Origin: Breznakia blatticola
GTDB taxonomy: Bacteria; Bacillota_I; Bacilli_A; Erysipelotrichales; Erysipelotrichaceae
Length of the DNA stretch: 32,000 nt
Assembly (NCBI RefSeq): GCF_004365815.1
Contig: NZ_SODD01000009.1
Location: forward strand, 30,001-62,000
Reading direction: 5' to 3'
Shown here in pieces: positions 17,637 through 28,081 of this stretch. Below the pieces are notes generated by a model that had not been told where the DNA came from, made no database searches, and saw only the letters and a program-made list of their open reading frames with translations. Position 1 is the first letter of the stretch, and every line of letters starts with the position of its first letter. Both the position numbers and the translations under genes were made by a program.

Positions 17637-19316
17637 TTATTCCCCCTCTATTTTTGCTTTTTCATTGATCGCTCGATTTAAGGCACTAACCATCGCTTGA
17701 ATACTAGCAGCGATAATATCATCGTGTATTCCTACACCAAAACGATCTACATTGACACAATCATTTATTTCCACATAGGCACAAGCCTTTGATGCACTAC
17801 TTTTTCCAAGTGAGTGTTCATTGTAATCAATGACATCAAAAGTTAAGCCTAAGTGTTCTCTAAAGGCATTAGCAACTGCATCTAAACGACCATTACCATT
17901 ACCTTTGCACATTTTATGTTCCCCTTTAAAGTTCACTTCAACTTCTACAGAAATATCTCCATTTCTAGTAAAGTGATAATCGATTAATTCTAATGGAGCT
18001 TGTAAATTCACAAAGTCCTTTTCGAATATATCTTTAATTTCATTTGGCATTAGTTCTGCATGTTTCTTATCCGAAATATCTTTGATGTAGTAGCCAAATC
18101 CTTCACGGAAGCGCTTAGGTAAATCAAATCCGTAGTACTCTTCCATCAAGTATCCAATTCCACCTTTTCCAGATTGTGAGTTGATTCGAATTACATCACT
18201 TTCATATTCACGACCAACATCTTTTGGATCAATTGGTAAATATGGAACATTCCATAAATCACTACCAATTTCTTCACGATATTTCAACCCTTTTGCAATC
18301 GCGTCTTGGTGACTACCAGAGAATGCCGCAAATACAAGTTTTCCTGCATATGGTTGACGGTCATAAACACGCATACGTGTTACTTCTTCATATACACGTA
18401 CAATTTCTTGAATGTTGCTGAAGTCTAATTTTGGATTTACACCATGCGTAAACATATTTAATGCAAGAGTCACAATATCTACATTACCTGTACGCTCTCC
18501 ATTACCAAATAATGTTCCTTCAATACGGTCTGCACCCGCAAGTAAACCAAGTTCACTATCTGCTACACCACAGCCACGGTCATTATGTGGATGCAAGCTA
18601 ATTTCAACTGCATCACGGTGTTTCAAATGTTTATGCATATATTCAATTTGTGAAGCATAGACATGTGACATACTCATTTCTACAGTTACCGGTAAGTTGA
18701 TGATTGCTTTCTTATCTGGTGTTGGTTGCCATATATCAAGTACAGCATTGCACACTTCAAGTGCATATTCCATTTCCGTTCCTGTAAAACTTTCTGGTGA
18801 ATATTCAAAACGAATATCCCCTTTTGCATCTTTTGCCAATTCTTTTAATAACTTTGCTCCATTTGTGGCAATCGTAAGAATTTCTTCCTTTGATTTTCTA
18901 AAGACTTGTTCACGTTGCGCAACACTTGTTGAATTGTAAACATGCACCACTGCCTTTTTACATCCATCAAGCGCATCAAATGTCTTTTTGATGATATGTT
19001 CACGAGCTTGTGTAAGTACTTGCACAGTTACATCATCAGGAATTAAATCTTGTTCGATCAGTGTACGTAAGAATTGATATTCTGTTTCACTAGCTGCTGG
19101 AAACCCAACTTCAATTTCTTTGAATCCAACCTTTACGAGTAAATCAAAGAATTTTAACTTCTCATCTAAACTCATCGGAATAATCAAACTTTGATTTCCA
19201 TCACGTAAATCGACAGAACACCATGTTGGTGCTGTATCGATATATTCTTTTTTTACCCAGTCAAAACAAGGCTCTGGTGGCATGAAATAACCACGCTTGT
19301 ACTTATTAAAGTTCAT
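17637..19316 (-). CDS. leuA: 2-isopropylmalate synthase (long, LeuA type 2 form)
   Basis: WCSVDLRDGNQS, the HPHNDRG metal site and a C-terminal LeuA dimerisation/regulatory domain are present in this 559 aa protein. A TAGGAGG SD lies in the 15-nt gap after leuS. Confidence 0.94.
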   Translation of the reverse strand: MNFNKYKRGYFMPPEPCFDWVKKEYIDTAPTWCSVDLRDGNQSLIIPMSLDEKLKFFDLLVKVGFKEIEVGFPAASETEYQFLRTLIEQDLIPDDVTVQVLTQAREHIIKKTFDALDGCKKAVVHVYNSTSVAQREQVFRKSKEEILTIATNGAKLLKELAKDAKGDIRFEYSPESFTGTEMEYALEVCNAVLDIWQPTPDKKAIINLPVTVEMSMSHVYASQIEYMHKHLKHRDAVEISLHPHNDRGCGVADSELGLLAGADRIEGTLFGNGERTGNVDIVTLALNMFTHGVNPKLDFSNIQEIVRVYEEVTRMRVYDRQPYAGKLVFAAFSGSHQDAIAKGLKYREEIGSDLWNVPYLPIDPKDVGREYESDVIRINSQSGKGGIGYLMEEYYGFDLPKRFREGFGYYIKDISDKKHAELMPNEIKDIFEKDFVNLQAPLELIDYHFTRNGDISVEVEVNFKGEHKMCKGNGNGRLDAVANAFREHLGLTFDVIDYNEHSLGKSSASKACAYVEINDCVNVDRFGVGIHDDIIAASIQAMVSALNRAINEKAKIEGE

Positions 19317-19331
19317 AAACTTTACCTCCTA

Positions 19332-21731
19332 TTACACAACAATATTCACTAATTTATTCTTAATTACAATTACTTTACGTAATTCTTTCCCCTCAATAAA
19401 ACTTTGGATAGCTTCTAATGCCAATGCTTTTTCTTTAATTTCATCATCACTTGAACCATTAGCTATCATAAACTTACCACGTAATTTTCCGTTTACTTGT
19501 ACGATAATTTCTAATTCATCTTCAACTAACATCGCTTCATCATATGTTGGCCAAGCTTCATATGTAATCGTATCGTTATGTCCTAAAATTACGTTCCATA
19601 ATTCTTCACCTAAGTGTGGTGCAATTGGATATAGCATTTTTGTAAATCCTTCTGCATATGCTTTCGGGAAGTTTTTCTCTTTATATACCGCATTCACGAA
19701 TATCATCATTTGCGAGATTGCAGTATTGAAGTTCAGACTTTCATAATCATCTGTAACTTTCTTAACTGTTTGGTGATATACCTTATCTAAGTTTGGATTT
19801 GCTACATCACTAATTTTACCTTCTTCAGTAAATAGACGATACACACGTACTAAGAAACGATGTGCACCTTCTACTCCACTTGTACTCCAAGGTTTATCGG
19901 CTTCTAATGGACCCATAAACATTTCATATAAACGAAGTGTATCTGCTCCATAATCTTCAACGATATCATTTGGGTTTACAACATACTCAGGGTAACGTTT
20001 TCCCATTTTCATATTGTTTTCACCTAGAATCATTCCTTGGTGAACAAGTTTCTTAAACGGTTCACTTGTTGGTGCAATTCCTTTATCAAACAAGTAACGG
20101 TTCCACATTCTTGCATATAATAAATGTCCAACAGCATGTTCTGGTCCACCAACATATAAATCAACTGGCATCCAGTGTTTTAATAACTCTGGATCTCCTA
20201 TGGCTTTGTCGTTATGTGGATCAATATAACGTAAGAAATACCAACTTGAACCAGCACTTCCTGGCATAGTACTTGTCTCACGTTTTCCTTTTTTACCTTC
20301 TACTTCTACATGAACCCAATCCGTTGCTTTTTCTAATGGCGAAGATCCACTCGAACTAGGGCTATAGTCTTCAAGTTCAGGTAACACAAGTGGTAATTCA
20401 CTTTCTGCAACTAACTGTTCAGTTCCATCTTCCATATGAATGACTGGAATTGGTTCTCCCCAGTAACGTTGACGTGCAAAGATCCATTCACGTAAACGAT
20501 AGTTCACATGTTTTGTTCCTACATGGTGTTCTTCAAGCCATGCAATCATTGTTGCAATTGCATCTGCTTTATTCATTCCATCAAGGAATCCTGAATTGAT
20601 ATGTAAACCATCTTCTACATATGCAGCTTCTTCAATATTTCCACCTTCTAAAACAGCGATAATATCAATTCCATATTTTTTTGCAAAATCATAGTCACGC
20701 TCATCATGTGCAGGGACTGCCATAATTGCACCAGTTCCATATCCTGCAAGCACGTAATCTGCAATCCAAATTGGCACTTCTGCACCATTTACAGGATTTA
20801 TTGCATATGCTCCAGTAAACACACCAGTTTTTTCTTTATTTAACTCTGTACGTTCTAAATCCGACTTACTTGCACATACTTTTTTATAGTCACTCACTGC
20901 CTGTTTTTGCGCGTCACTTGTAATCATATCAACAAGTACATGTTCAGGTGATAATACACAATACGTAGCTCCAAATAGTGTATCTGGACGTGTTGTAAAC
21001 ACGGTGAATGTTTCATCATATCCAGCAACTTTGAAATCAACATGTGCACCAACGCTTTTTCCAATCCAGTTACGTTGCATTTCTTTTGTTGATTTTGGCC
21101 AATCAAGATCATCCAAACCATCAAGTAGTTTTTCTGCATATGCAGGAATATCAATTGCCCATTGTTTCATATTGATACGAACGACTGGATATCCTCCACG
21201 CTCACTTTTTCCATCAATAACTTCATCATTTGCAAGTACAGTTCCTAATTCTTCACACCAGTTAACTGGCATATCGATATATTTTACTAGTCCATCTTTA
21301 TATAACTGTTCAAAAATCCATTGTGTCCATTTATAGTATGATGGATCACTTGTCGAAAAGGATTTATCCCAATCATATGAGAAACCTAATAACTGTAATT
21401 GCTCAGAGAAGATTTTAATGTTTGCTTCTGTAAATCCATTTGGATGATTTCCTGTAGAAATCGCATATTGTTCTGCTGGAAGTCCAAACGAATCAAATCC
21501 CATTGGGTGCAATACGTTATATCCTTGCATACGTTTTAATCGACTTACTACATCTGTTGCTGTATATCCTTCTGGGTGACCAACATGAAGTCCTTGTCCT
21601 GATGGATAAGGAAACATATCTAATGCATAGAATTTAGGTTTACTAAAATCCCATACATCTGTTTTAAATGTATCGTTATCTTTCCAATACTTACGCCATT
21701 TTGTTTCAATTGCTTTGTAATCAAATACCAT
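19332..21731 (-). CDS. leuS: Leucyl-tRNA synthetase
   Basis: The class I HIGH motif ([16 protein letters not shown]) and a KMSKS-type motif (variant KMGKR in NMKMGKR) are present, with a CP1 editing domain. The protein is 799 aa and a Leu T-box leader lies directly upstream. Confidence 0.97.
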   Translation of the reverse strand: MVFDYKAIETKWRKYWKDNDTFKTDVWDFSKPKFYALDMFPYPSGQGLHVGHPEGYTATDVVSRLKRMQGYNVLHPMGFDSFGLPAEQYAISTGNHPNGFTEANIKIFSEQLQLLGFSYDWDKSFSTSDPSYYKWTQWIFEQLYKDGLVKYIDMPVNWCEELGTVLANDEVIDGKSERGGYPVVRINMKQWAIDIPAYAEKLLDGLDDLDWPKSTKEMQRNWIGKSVGAHVDFKVAGYDETFTVFTTRPDTLFGATYCVLSPEHVLVDMITSDAQKQAVSDYKKVCASKSDLERTELNKEKTGVFTGAYAINPVNGAEVPIWIADYVLAGYGTGAIMAVPAHDERDYDFAKKYGIDIIAVLEGGNIEEAAYVEDGLHINSGFLDGMNKADAIATMIAWLEEHHVGTKHVNYRLREWIFARQRYWGEPIPVIHMEDGTEQLVAESELPLVLPELEDYSPSSSGSSPLEKATDWVHVEVEGKKGKRETSTMPGSAGSSWYFLRYIDPHNDKAIGDPELLKHWMPVDLYVGGPEHAVGHLLYARMWNRYLFDKGIAPTSEPFKKLVHQGMILGENNMKMGKRYPEYVVNPNDIVEDYGADTLRLYEMFMGPLEADKPWSTSGVEGAHRFLVRVYRLFTEEGKISDVANPNLDKVYHQTVKKVTDDYESLNFNTAISQMMIFVNAVYKEKNFPKAYAEGFTKMLYPIAPHLGEELWNVILGHNDTITYEAWPTYDEAMLVEDELEIIVQVNGKLRGKFMIANGSSDDEIKEKALALEAIQSFIEGKELRKVIVIKNKLVNIVV

Positions 21732-21749
21732 ATTTTTCTCCTTTTACCT

Positions 21750-21980
21750 AAAATAAAAACGTCCTCAGAAATTCATCTAAGGACGTTTTAAACGCGGTAC
21801 CACCTTAGTTCATATAGAAAAAATCTATATGCACCTTCATTATCGATTATCGCTCGATTCACGAATCGCTTATGAATTACGATTAGCTCCTTGGCGAGTT
21901 CACCTTAGTGTTTATACAAGTTTTCACCAACCACTTGCTCTCTATCATAAACCTTAAGATTACTACTCCAAATCTAAGCT
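21750..21980 (-). promoter_or_regulatory. T-box riboswitch leader, tRNA-Leu (CUC specifier)
   Basis: All elements are read on the minus strand. Stem I has an AGUA S-turn element, an AGAGAG bulge and a distal loop GGUUGGUGAAA. The specifier loop GAA-CUC-G places the codon at 21898-21896. The conserved T-box sequence AACUAAGGUGGUACCGCG is at 21810-21793. A 12-bp terminator AAACGUCCUUAG/CUGAGGACGUUU (21788-21757) is followed by UUUUUAUUUU, then the AAAGGAG SD and the leuS ATG. Confidence 0.9.
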
Positions 21981-22004
21981 ATATTGTTACTTATTTTATC
22001 ACAA

Positions 22005-22466
22005 TTATTTACTTTTACAAGTAAACTCTAGATTTTCATAATTCGCTACAGTTTTCTTTAAACTTAAGCCTTTTTTGGTACTACCTTCAACTTCTAGTAA
22101 TTTTGCTTCGATTAGATCTTCAACCGATGCTTCTTCTAAGTCAAATACGCTATCTTCTGTAAGTACATTATCTTTCAATGTATAGGTATATGTTACACCT
22201 TTTGTAGCTTCCATTTTCTCTTTAACTTCTTTTGCATTTTTATTTACATCATCTTCAGTAATTAAACCTTGATCAAATGCACTTGTTAAATCCGTAGCGA
22301 CATGTTGTGTAAGCTTTGTGATTGTATCATCATCGGCTTCCAGTGTTAAGGTTGCTTTTGTTTCTGCTTGTTCAATTGTACATACAGTTGTTGTTTCTTC
22401 TTTTTTTGATTGACATCCACTCATAACAAATAGACTTATCAATAACAAATACGTTAACTTTTTCAT
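22005..22466 (-). CDS. Lipoprotein (YehR/DUF1307-like)
   Basis: The signal peptide with lipobox LFVMSGC, the 153 aa length, the acidic Thr/Lys-rich body and the C-terminal STKKGLSLKKTVANYENLEF resemble DUF1307 lipoproteins as I remember them. Confidence 0.65.
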   Translation of the reverse strand: MKKLTYLLLISLFVMSGCQSKKEETTTVCTIEQAETKATLTLEADDDTITKLTQHVATDLTSAFDQGLITEDDVNKNAKEVKEKMEATKGVTYTYTLKDNVLTEDSVFDLEEASVEDLIEAKLLEVEGSTKKGLSLKKTVANYENLEFTCKSK

Positions 22467-22554
22467 TTACATTCCTCTTCTTGATTTCTTATATCATTTA
22501 CTTTTTCAGTATATCATATTCCATCAATTTATAAACGTAAGAAAATGGTTCGTA

Positions 22555-23940
22555 TTATTTATTTTGAATGTAATCATCCATTGCTTGTGCAGCTTCTTTT
22601 CCTGCTCCCATTGCTAGGATTACCGTCGCAGCTCCAGTTACTGCATCTCCTCCAGCAAATACACCTTCTCGTGTTGTTGCTCCTGTTTTTGGATCTGCAA
22701 TTAGACATCCCCATTTGTTGGTGTCTAATCCTTCTGTGGTTCTGTGAATTAATGGGTTTGGACTTGTTCCTATCGACATAATCATACAATCGATATCTAG
22801 TGTGAAATTACTTCCTTCTTTGACTACTGGTCGTCTTCTTCCACTCTCATCAGGTTCTCCTAATTCCATTTCTACACATTCAATAGCCGATACATTTCCT
22901 TTGTCATCACCAAGTACTTGGACTGGATTATTCAATGTCTTAAAGATAATTCCTTCTTCCATTGCATGTTCCACTTCTTCTTTTCTTGCTGGTAATTCTT
23001 CAGTTCCTCGACGGTACACAATGTATACTTCTGCTCCTAGACGTTTTGCACATCTGGCAGCATCCATTGCAACATTTCCTCCACCGACAACTGCTACTTT
23101 CTTACCTTTGAAAATTGGTGTATCAGCTTCTACATCATAAGCTTTCATTAAGTTAAAACGTGTCAGAAATTCATTTGCAGAGAATACTCCATTTAAGTTT
23201 TCTCCAGGTATTTTCATAAAGTTTGGAAGTCCTGCTCCACTACCGATGAATACAGCTTCATTTTCATCTTCAAATAGTTCATCAATATCAAACACTTTTC
23301 CAATAACCATATTGGTTTCCATGTGAACACCTAAGTCTTTGAGTGCTTGTACTTCTTTACTTACAATCGCTTTTGGTAGTCTGAATTCTGGAATTCCATA
23401 TTCAAGTACTCCTCCTGCTTTATGTAATGCTTCATAGACTGTAACTTCATATCCTTTTTTCGCTAAATCTCCTGCACAAGTTAATCCTGCAGGTCCAGCT
23501 CCTACTACAGCTACTTTATGTCCATTCTTTTCAATAGTTGGAATCTTATTTTCTCCATTTGCCATATGATAATCAGCGACAAATCTCTCCAGCCTTCCAA
23601 TTCCGACTGCTTCATGTTTAATGGCTCTTACACATAGCTTTTCACATTGATCTTCTTGTGGACATACACGTCCACATACTGCTGGTAAAGCATTGGTTTC
23701 TTTAATCTTATCGTAGGCTCCTTCGATATCTCCTTCTTTAATTAAGGCGATAAATTCAGGAATTTGCACACCTACTGGACATCCATTTACACAAGGTTTG
23801 TGTTTACATTGTAGACAACGATCCGCTTCTTCTTGTGCCATTTCTAAGGTATATCCTGTTGCTACTTCTGCAACGTTTTTATTTCGTACATTTGGCTCTT
23901 GATGTGGCATTGGTACTTTATTTGGACTCATGTTTGGCAT
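22555..23940 (-). CDS. nfnB: NADPH-dependent oxidoreductase, GltD/SudA/NfnB family (large subunit of NADH-dependent reduced ferredoxin:NADP oxidoreductase)
   Basis: Two Cys clusters (CLQCKHKPCVNGCP, CGRVCPQEDQCEKLC) are followed by two dinucleotide folds (VAVVGAGPAGLTCA, VAVVGGGNVAMD). The gene is paired with a PyrK-like small subunit gene 2 nt upstream. Confidence 0.85.
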   Translation of the reverse strand: MPNMSPNKVPMPHQEPNVRNKNVAEVATGYTLEMAQEEADRCLQCKHKPCVNGCPVGVQIPEFIALIKEGDIEGAYDKIKETNALPAVCGRVCPQEDQCEKLCVRAIKHEAVGIGRLERFVADYHMANGENKIPTIEKNGHKVAVVGAGPAGLTCAGDLAKKGYEVTVYEALHKAGGVLEYGIPEFRLPKAIVSKEVQALKDLGVHMETNMVIGKVFDIDELFEDENEAVFIGSGAGLPNFMKIPGENLNGVFSANEFLTRFNLMKAYDVEADTPIFKGKKVAVVGGGNVAMDAARCAKRLGAEVYIVYRRGTEELPARKEEVEHAMEEGIIFKTLNNPVQVLGDDKGNVSAIECVEMELGEPDESGRRRPVVKEGSNFTLDIDCMIMSIGTSPNPLIHRTTEGLDTNKWGCLIADPKTGATTREGVFAGGDAVTGAATVILAMGAGKEAAQAMDDYIQNK

Positions 23941-23942
23941 AA

Positions 23943-24785
23943 CTAGCGCACCTCCTTGTGAAATAAGTGACAGTCTTTTTCACATGCTTTGGCTTCAAAG
24001 TCTGCATACTGTCTAGATCTTGCAATCGCTTCATCGAAGTCGACTTGATGTCCATCAAAATCAGGTCCATCTACACAAGCAAATTTCATTTCATTGTTTA
24101 CACTTAGTCTACAGCATCCACACATTCCTGTTCCATCGATCATGATTGGATTCATGCTGACCGTTGTTTTCACATCATATTGTTTTGTGAGTTGGCAGAC
24201 AAACTTCATCATAACTAGTGGTCCAATTGCGATGACTTCATCAAAGATTTCACCTGCATCAAGCAGTTCTTGTAGTTTGTTTGTGACTAAACCTTTTTCT
24301 CCTACAGTTCCATCATCACTCATCGTATACATATGATGACTAACTGCTTCAAATTCATCACGTAAGATTTCTAAATCTTTATTTCTAAATCCAGTAATTA
24401 CAGTTACTTCTGTGCCATTATCATATAGTGCTTTTGCGGTTGGGTATGCAATTGCACAACCAACTCCTCCACCAACTACACAGACACGTTTCATACCTTC
24501 TACATGACTTGGTACACCTAGTGGTCCTACAAAGTCAAGAATGGCATCTCCTACTTCTAGGTTATCTAGTAACATCGTACTACGACCTACCAATTGGTAA
24601 ATAATCGTAACAAGTCCTTTTTTTCGATCATAATCTGCAACAGTTAGGGGAATTCTTTCTCCCATTTCATGAGAACGAAGGATAATAAATTGTCCTGCTT
24701 TTGCCTTTTTGGCAATTGCTGGTGCTTCTACTACCATTTTCGTAACCGTTGGATTTAATCGTTCTTTTTCAACAATTTTATACAT
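23943..24785 (-). CDS. nfnA: Ferredoxin-NADP reductase-like small subunit, SudB/NfnA (PyrK-like) family
   Basis: This 280 aa protein has an FAD-binding barrel (GQFIILR), an NAD fold (VVGGGVGCA) and the C-terminal 2Fe-2S motif GMCGCCR...CVDGP. Confidence 0.85.
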   Translation of the reverse strand: MYKIVEKERLNPTVTKMVVEAPAIAKKAKAGQFIILRSHEMGERIPLTVADYDRKKGLVTIIYQLVGRSTMLLDNLEVGDAILDFVGPLGVPSHVEGMKRVCVVGGGVGCAIAYPTAKALYDNGTEVTVITGFRNKDLEILRDEFEAVSHHMYTMSDDGTVGEKGLVTNKLQELLDAGEIFDEVIAIGPLVMMKFVCQLTKQYDVKTTVSMNPIMIDGTGMCGCCRLSVNNEMKFACVDGPDFDGHQVDFDEAIARSRQYADFEAKACEKDCHLFHKEVR

Positions 24786-24795
24786 AATAGACCCC

Positions 24796-25725
24796 TTAGT
24801 ATTTTTCTATACGTTGTGAAACTTCATTTTTCACTTCTTCTAGTTTCACCATAAAGCGTTGATCTAAATTCGTTAAGTTATATCCTTCTCGATATATAAA
24901 TCCATCGCGATATTTCTTTCTTATTCCCTTACAAGGTTTTTGTTCGAGATTGTATAAATCTAACAACTCTTTTGGAATTGCAGATCCCCAAATATAGGTT
25001 TTGGGTACATGTGACATAATTGCAAATTGTGTTTGTCTTTCATAAACAAAGATTTGTTTACTACATGAATGTTCTTGATTACTCATTTGTTTCAAGTAAG
25101 GAACAAAATTATCACCATGTGAGATTTCCACAAAATCATCTAAATCTGATAATTCGAGTTCTTCTTTATCATGTAGTGGCGAATCTTTTGCAAGTGTCAC
25201 CAGGTGCTTAAATTCCCAAATCGGTTCAAAAATCACCTTCTTATTCTTTAAATAGTCACGGAAATAGTTTTCATGTGCCATATCATAACGAATTACACCT
25301 AGATTAAATAATCCTTCTGCTACATTGGTAATGGCTTGCATTGAGTTTGTCTCTTGAATATTGACACGAATGGATTTATTTAAATCCAACTCTTCAATTA
25401 ACTTTACAACGGCATAAGAAATATAACTTCCTCTAGGTATGGCTACATTGAAACGTTGCACATCTTTAAAATCATCCAAACGAATTTGTTCGATTTTTTC
25501 AATTTGTGCCAACACTTCTTTGGCATACTTAATTAACTGTGCACCTTCTGGTGTAGGTACAGTTCCTTTTGGTCCACGTTCAAAGATGGTAAAGCCAAGG
25601 GTTTCTTCAAATTCCTTAATAACTTTACTCAAGTTTGGTTGTGCCATAAACAGTTTCTCAGCTGCATGCGTTATGGAGCGGCGTTTCTCAATTTCAATAA
25701 CGTATTTAAGATATGTTGTGTTCAT
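24796..25725 (-). CDS. LysR-family transcriptional regulator
   Basis: The N-terminal wHTH (YLKYVIEIEKRRSITHAAEKLFMAQPNLSKVIKEFEETLGFTIFER) is followed by a LysR substrate-binding domain. The gene ends 10 nt upstream of nfnA. Confidence 0.9.
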   Translation of the reverse strand: MNTTYLKYVIEIEKRRSITHAAEKLFMAQPNLSKVIKEFEETLGFTIFERGPKGTVPTPEGAQLIKYAKEVLAQIEKIEQIRLDDFKDVQRFNVAIPRGSYISYAVVKLIEELDLNKSIRVNIQETNSMQAITNVAEGLFNLGVIRYDMAHENYFRDYLKNKKVIFEPIWEFKHLVTLAKDSPLHDKEELELSDLDDFVEISHGDNFVPYLKQMSNQEHSCSKQIFVYERQTQFAIMSHVPKTYIWGSAIPKELLDLYNLEQKPCKGIRKKYRDGFIYREGYNLTNLDQRFMVKLEEVKNEVSQRIEKY

Positions 25726-25766
25726 AGTATCTCCCTGTAACCCAAGTGGGTCATATACATAAGTGT

Positions 25767-25795
25767 ATTATAGGTGATTTACTTTCTATCTTCAA
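25767..25795 (-). promoter_or_regulatory. Putative sigma-A promoter of lysR-nfnAB
   Basis: On the minus strand TTGAAG (25795-25790), a 17 nt spacer and TATAAT (25772-25767), about 40 nt upstream of the lysR ATG. An AGGGAG SD is present. Confidence 0.6.
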
Positions 25796-25816
25796 CTAAA
25801 GAACTTTACATTTCTT

Positions 25817-26974
25817 TTATAGAGCAACAACCTTTAAAATTGCATCGATTAAAGATAATTCTTTTACTACATCATCGACATCTTTACTATTCACATCGAC
25901 CATTGTATACGCATAATCATTTTTACTTTTATTAATTAAGTTTTCAATATTAATTCCCTTATCAGAAATCGTTTGCGTAATTTGGGCAATCATATTTGGT
26001 GCATTACGGTGGAAAATTGTAATTCTTGCTTCTCCACTACGATCCATATGTACATTTGGTAAGTTCACCGAATGTAAAATGTTTCCATTTTCTAAGAAAT
26101 CTTGAATTTGATCCACTGCCATAATTGCACAGTTTTCTTCTGATTCTGGTGTAGATGCACCTAAATGTGGAATACAAATTACACCTTTCGCATGTAAGAT
26201 ATCTCCATTTGGGAAATCGGTAACATAATTTTTTACTTTCCCTGCTTCAATTGCATCTACAACAGCTTTTTCATCAACGAGTCCACCACGTGCAAAGTTA
26301 AGAATACATACGTTATCTTTCATTTTTGCAATCGCTTCACTATTGATCATGTTTTTTGTTTTATCGCTTAATGGAACATGCACAGAAATGTAATCACATT
26401 TCTCATATAGTTCTTCTAATGTTTTCGCATAATGTACTTTACGTGATAACTGCCAAGCAGCATCAATTGAAATATATGGATCGTATCCGTACACTTCCAT
26501 ACCAAAGTGTAATGCTAAGTTTGCTACTTTGATACCAATGGCACCTAGACCGATAATTCCTAGCTTCTTACCACGTAACTCATTTCCAACAAAGTTACTT
26601 TTTTCTTTTTCAACAATAGTTGATACATCATCATTTTCTGCTAATGTACTTACCCAGTTCATCGCATTATATACAGGACGTGCAGATAATAACATACCAG
26701 CAAATACCAATTCTTTAACTGCATTCGCATTTGCTCCAGGTGTATTAAAACATACAATTCCCGCTTCGCTACAACGATCGATTGGTAAATTGTTAACTCC
26801 TGCTCCAGCACGAACAATGGCGCGAAGTTCATCGTTAAACTCCATATCGTTTAATTTAGCACTACGTACTAAAATCCCATCCGGATTTACTACATCTTCA
26901 CCGAAACGGTATGTTTCATCATCAAAGAGTGCTAAACCCTTTGGTGAGATTTTATTATATAGTTTTATATTCAT
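25817..26974 (-). CDS. serA: D-3-phosphoglycerate dehydrogenase (with C-terminal ACT domain)
   Basis: The 2-hydroxyacid dehydrogenase NAD fold GIIGLGAIG and the catalytic R/E/H arrangement (ARGGLVDE, HLGAST) are present, with a C-terminal ACT-like segment. An ATGA start/stop overlap links it to serC. Confidence 0.9.
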   Translation of the reverse strand: MNIKLYNKISPKGLALFDDETYRFGEDVVNPDGILVRSAKLNDMEFNDELRAIVRAGAGVNNLPIDRCSEAGIVCFNTPGANANAVKELVFAGMLLSARPVYNAMNWVSTLAENDDVSTIVEKEKSNFVGNELRGKKLGIIGLGAIGIKVANLALHFGMEVYGYDPYISIDAAWQLSRKVHYAKTLEELYEKCDYISVHVPLSDKTKNMINSEAIAKMKDNVCILNFARGGLVDEKAVVDAIEAGKVKNYVTDFPNGDILHAKGVICIPHLGASTPESEENCAIMAVDQIQDFLENGNILHSVNLPNVHMDRSGEARITIFHRNAPNMIAQITQTISDKGINIENLINKSKNDYAYTMVDVNSKDVDDVVKELSLIDAILKVVAL

Positions 26975-28050
26975 TTTGTATTTTCCTCTTCAAATTCTTT
27001 CATAAACGCAACTAGTGTTTCTACACCTTCTTTTGACATTGCATTGTAAATGCTTGCACGCATTCCTCCAACACTTCTATGTCCTTTTAAATTCACCATT
27101 CCTTTAGCTTTCGCTTCTTTTACAAATTTTGCATCTAATTCTGCATCACCAGTAACAAATGGGACATTCATTAATGAACGGTCTTCTTTTGCGACAGTTC
27201 CTTTAAATAGTTTTGATTGATCTAAATAATCGTATAAGATTTGTGCTTTTTCTTGGTTATATTTACCAAGGTTTTCTAGACTGCCAAATTCTTCTGCAAT
27301 CCATTCAAGTACAAGACCTAAAATGTAAATTGCATATGTAGGTGGCGTGTTAAACATCGAATCGTTATCCGCTTGCACCTTGTATGAAAGCATTGAAGGT
27401 AGTGTTGTATCATCTTTAATTAAGTCTTTACGTACAATCACAACAGTCAGTCCTGCCATACCCATATTTTTTTGCGCACCTGCAAAGATAATTCCATATT
27501 TACTTACATCAATTGCTTCAGAAAGAATACAGCTTGATAAATCTGCGACTAATGGAAGTCCTTTTGTATCAGGTAGTTCTTTATATTTTGTTCCATAGAT
27601 CGTATTGTTTTCACAAATATAGAAGTAGTCCACATCTTCTGGTACTTCATAGTCTTTGGGAATATATGAGAATGTGTCATCTTCACTACTAGCAACAACG
27701 ACTGCTTCTCCAAATTTCTTCATTTCACCAATTGCTTTTTTTGACCAAGCTCCTGTATTAATAAATGCTGCCTTTTTATGTTTACCTAATAGATTCATTG
27801 GCACCATTGTAAACTGTGTACTTGCTCCCCCTTGTAAGAATAATACTTCGTAATTCTCAGGAATGTTCATCAGTTTAATTAGCTTGGACTTACAGGAGTT
27901 GAAAACCTCTACAAACTCAGCCGAACGATGTGACATCTCCATAATTGATTGTCCTGTTTGGTTGTAGTTAAGCATTTGTTCGCTTGCTTTCTTTAGAACC
28001 TTATCACTCATTTGTGATGGTCCTGCACTAAAGTTAATCACTCTGTTCAT
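26971..28050 (-). CDS. serC: Phosphoserine aminotransferase
   Basis: This 359 aa class V aminotransferase starts NFSAGPSQM and has a PLP-lysine region (FAGAQKNMG) typical of SerC. It lies directly upstream of serA. Confidence 0.93.
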   Translation of the reverse strand: MNRVINFSAGPSQMSDKVLKKASEQMLNYNQTGQSIMEMSHRSAEFVEVFNSCKSKLIKLMNIPENYEVLFLQGGASTQFTMVPMNLLGKHKKAAFINTGAWSKKAIGEMKKFGEAVVVASSEDDTFSYIPKDYEVPEDVDYFYICENNTIYGTKYKELPDTKGLPLVADLSSCILSEAIDVSKYGIIFAGAQKNMGMAGLTVVIVRKDLIKDDTTLPSMLSYKVQADNDSMFNTPPTYAIYILGLVLEWIAEEFGSLENLGKYNQEKAQILYDYLDQSKLFKGTVAKEDRSLMNVPFVTGDAELDAKFVKEAKAKGMVNLKGHRSVGGMRASIYNAMSKEGVETLVAFMKEFEEENTK

Positions 28051-28081
28051 AATTTCAATCTCCTTTATAATATTGTCTCCT

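Noticed and set aside
21981-22004. Looked for a dedicated promoter for the Leu T-box leader. TTGTGA lies at 22004-21999, with TATAGC or CAATAT further downstream.
   Set aside because: The spacer lengths (12-15 nt) and hexamer quality are poor. Transcription may start from a weak promoter here or by read-through from the lipoprotein gene. This cannot be decided from sequence.
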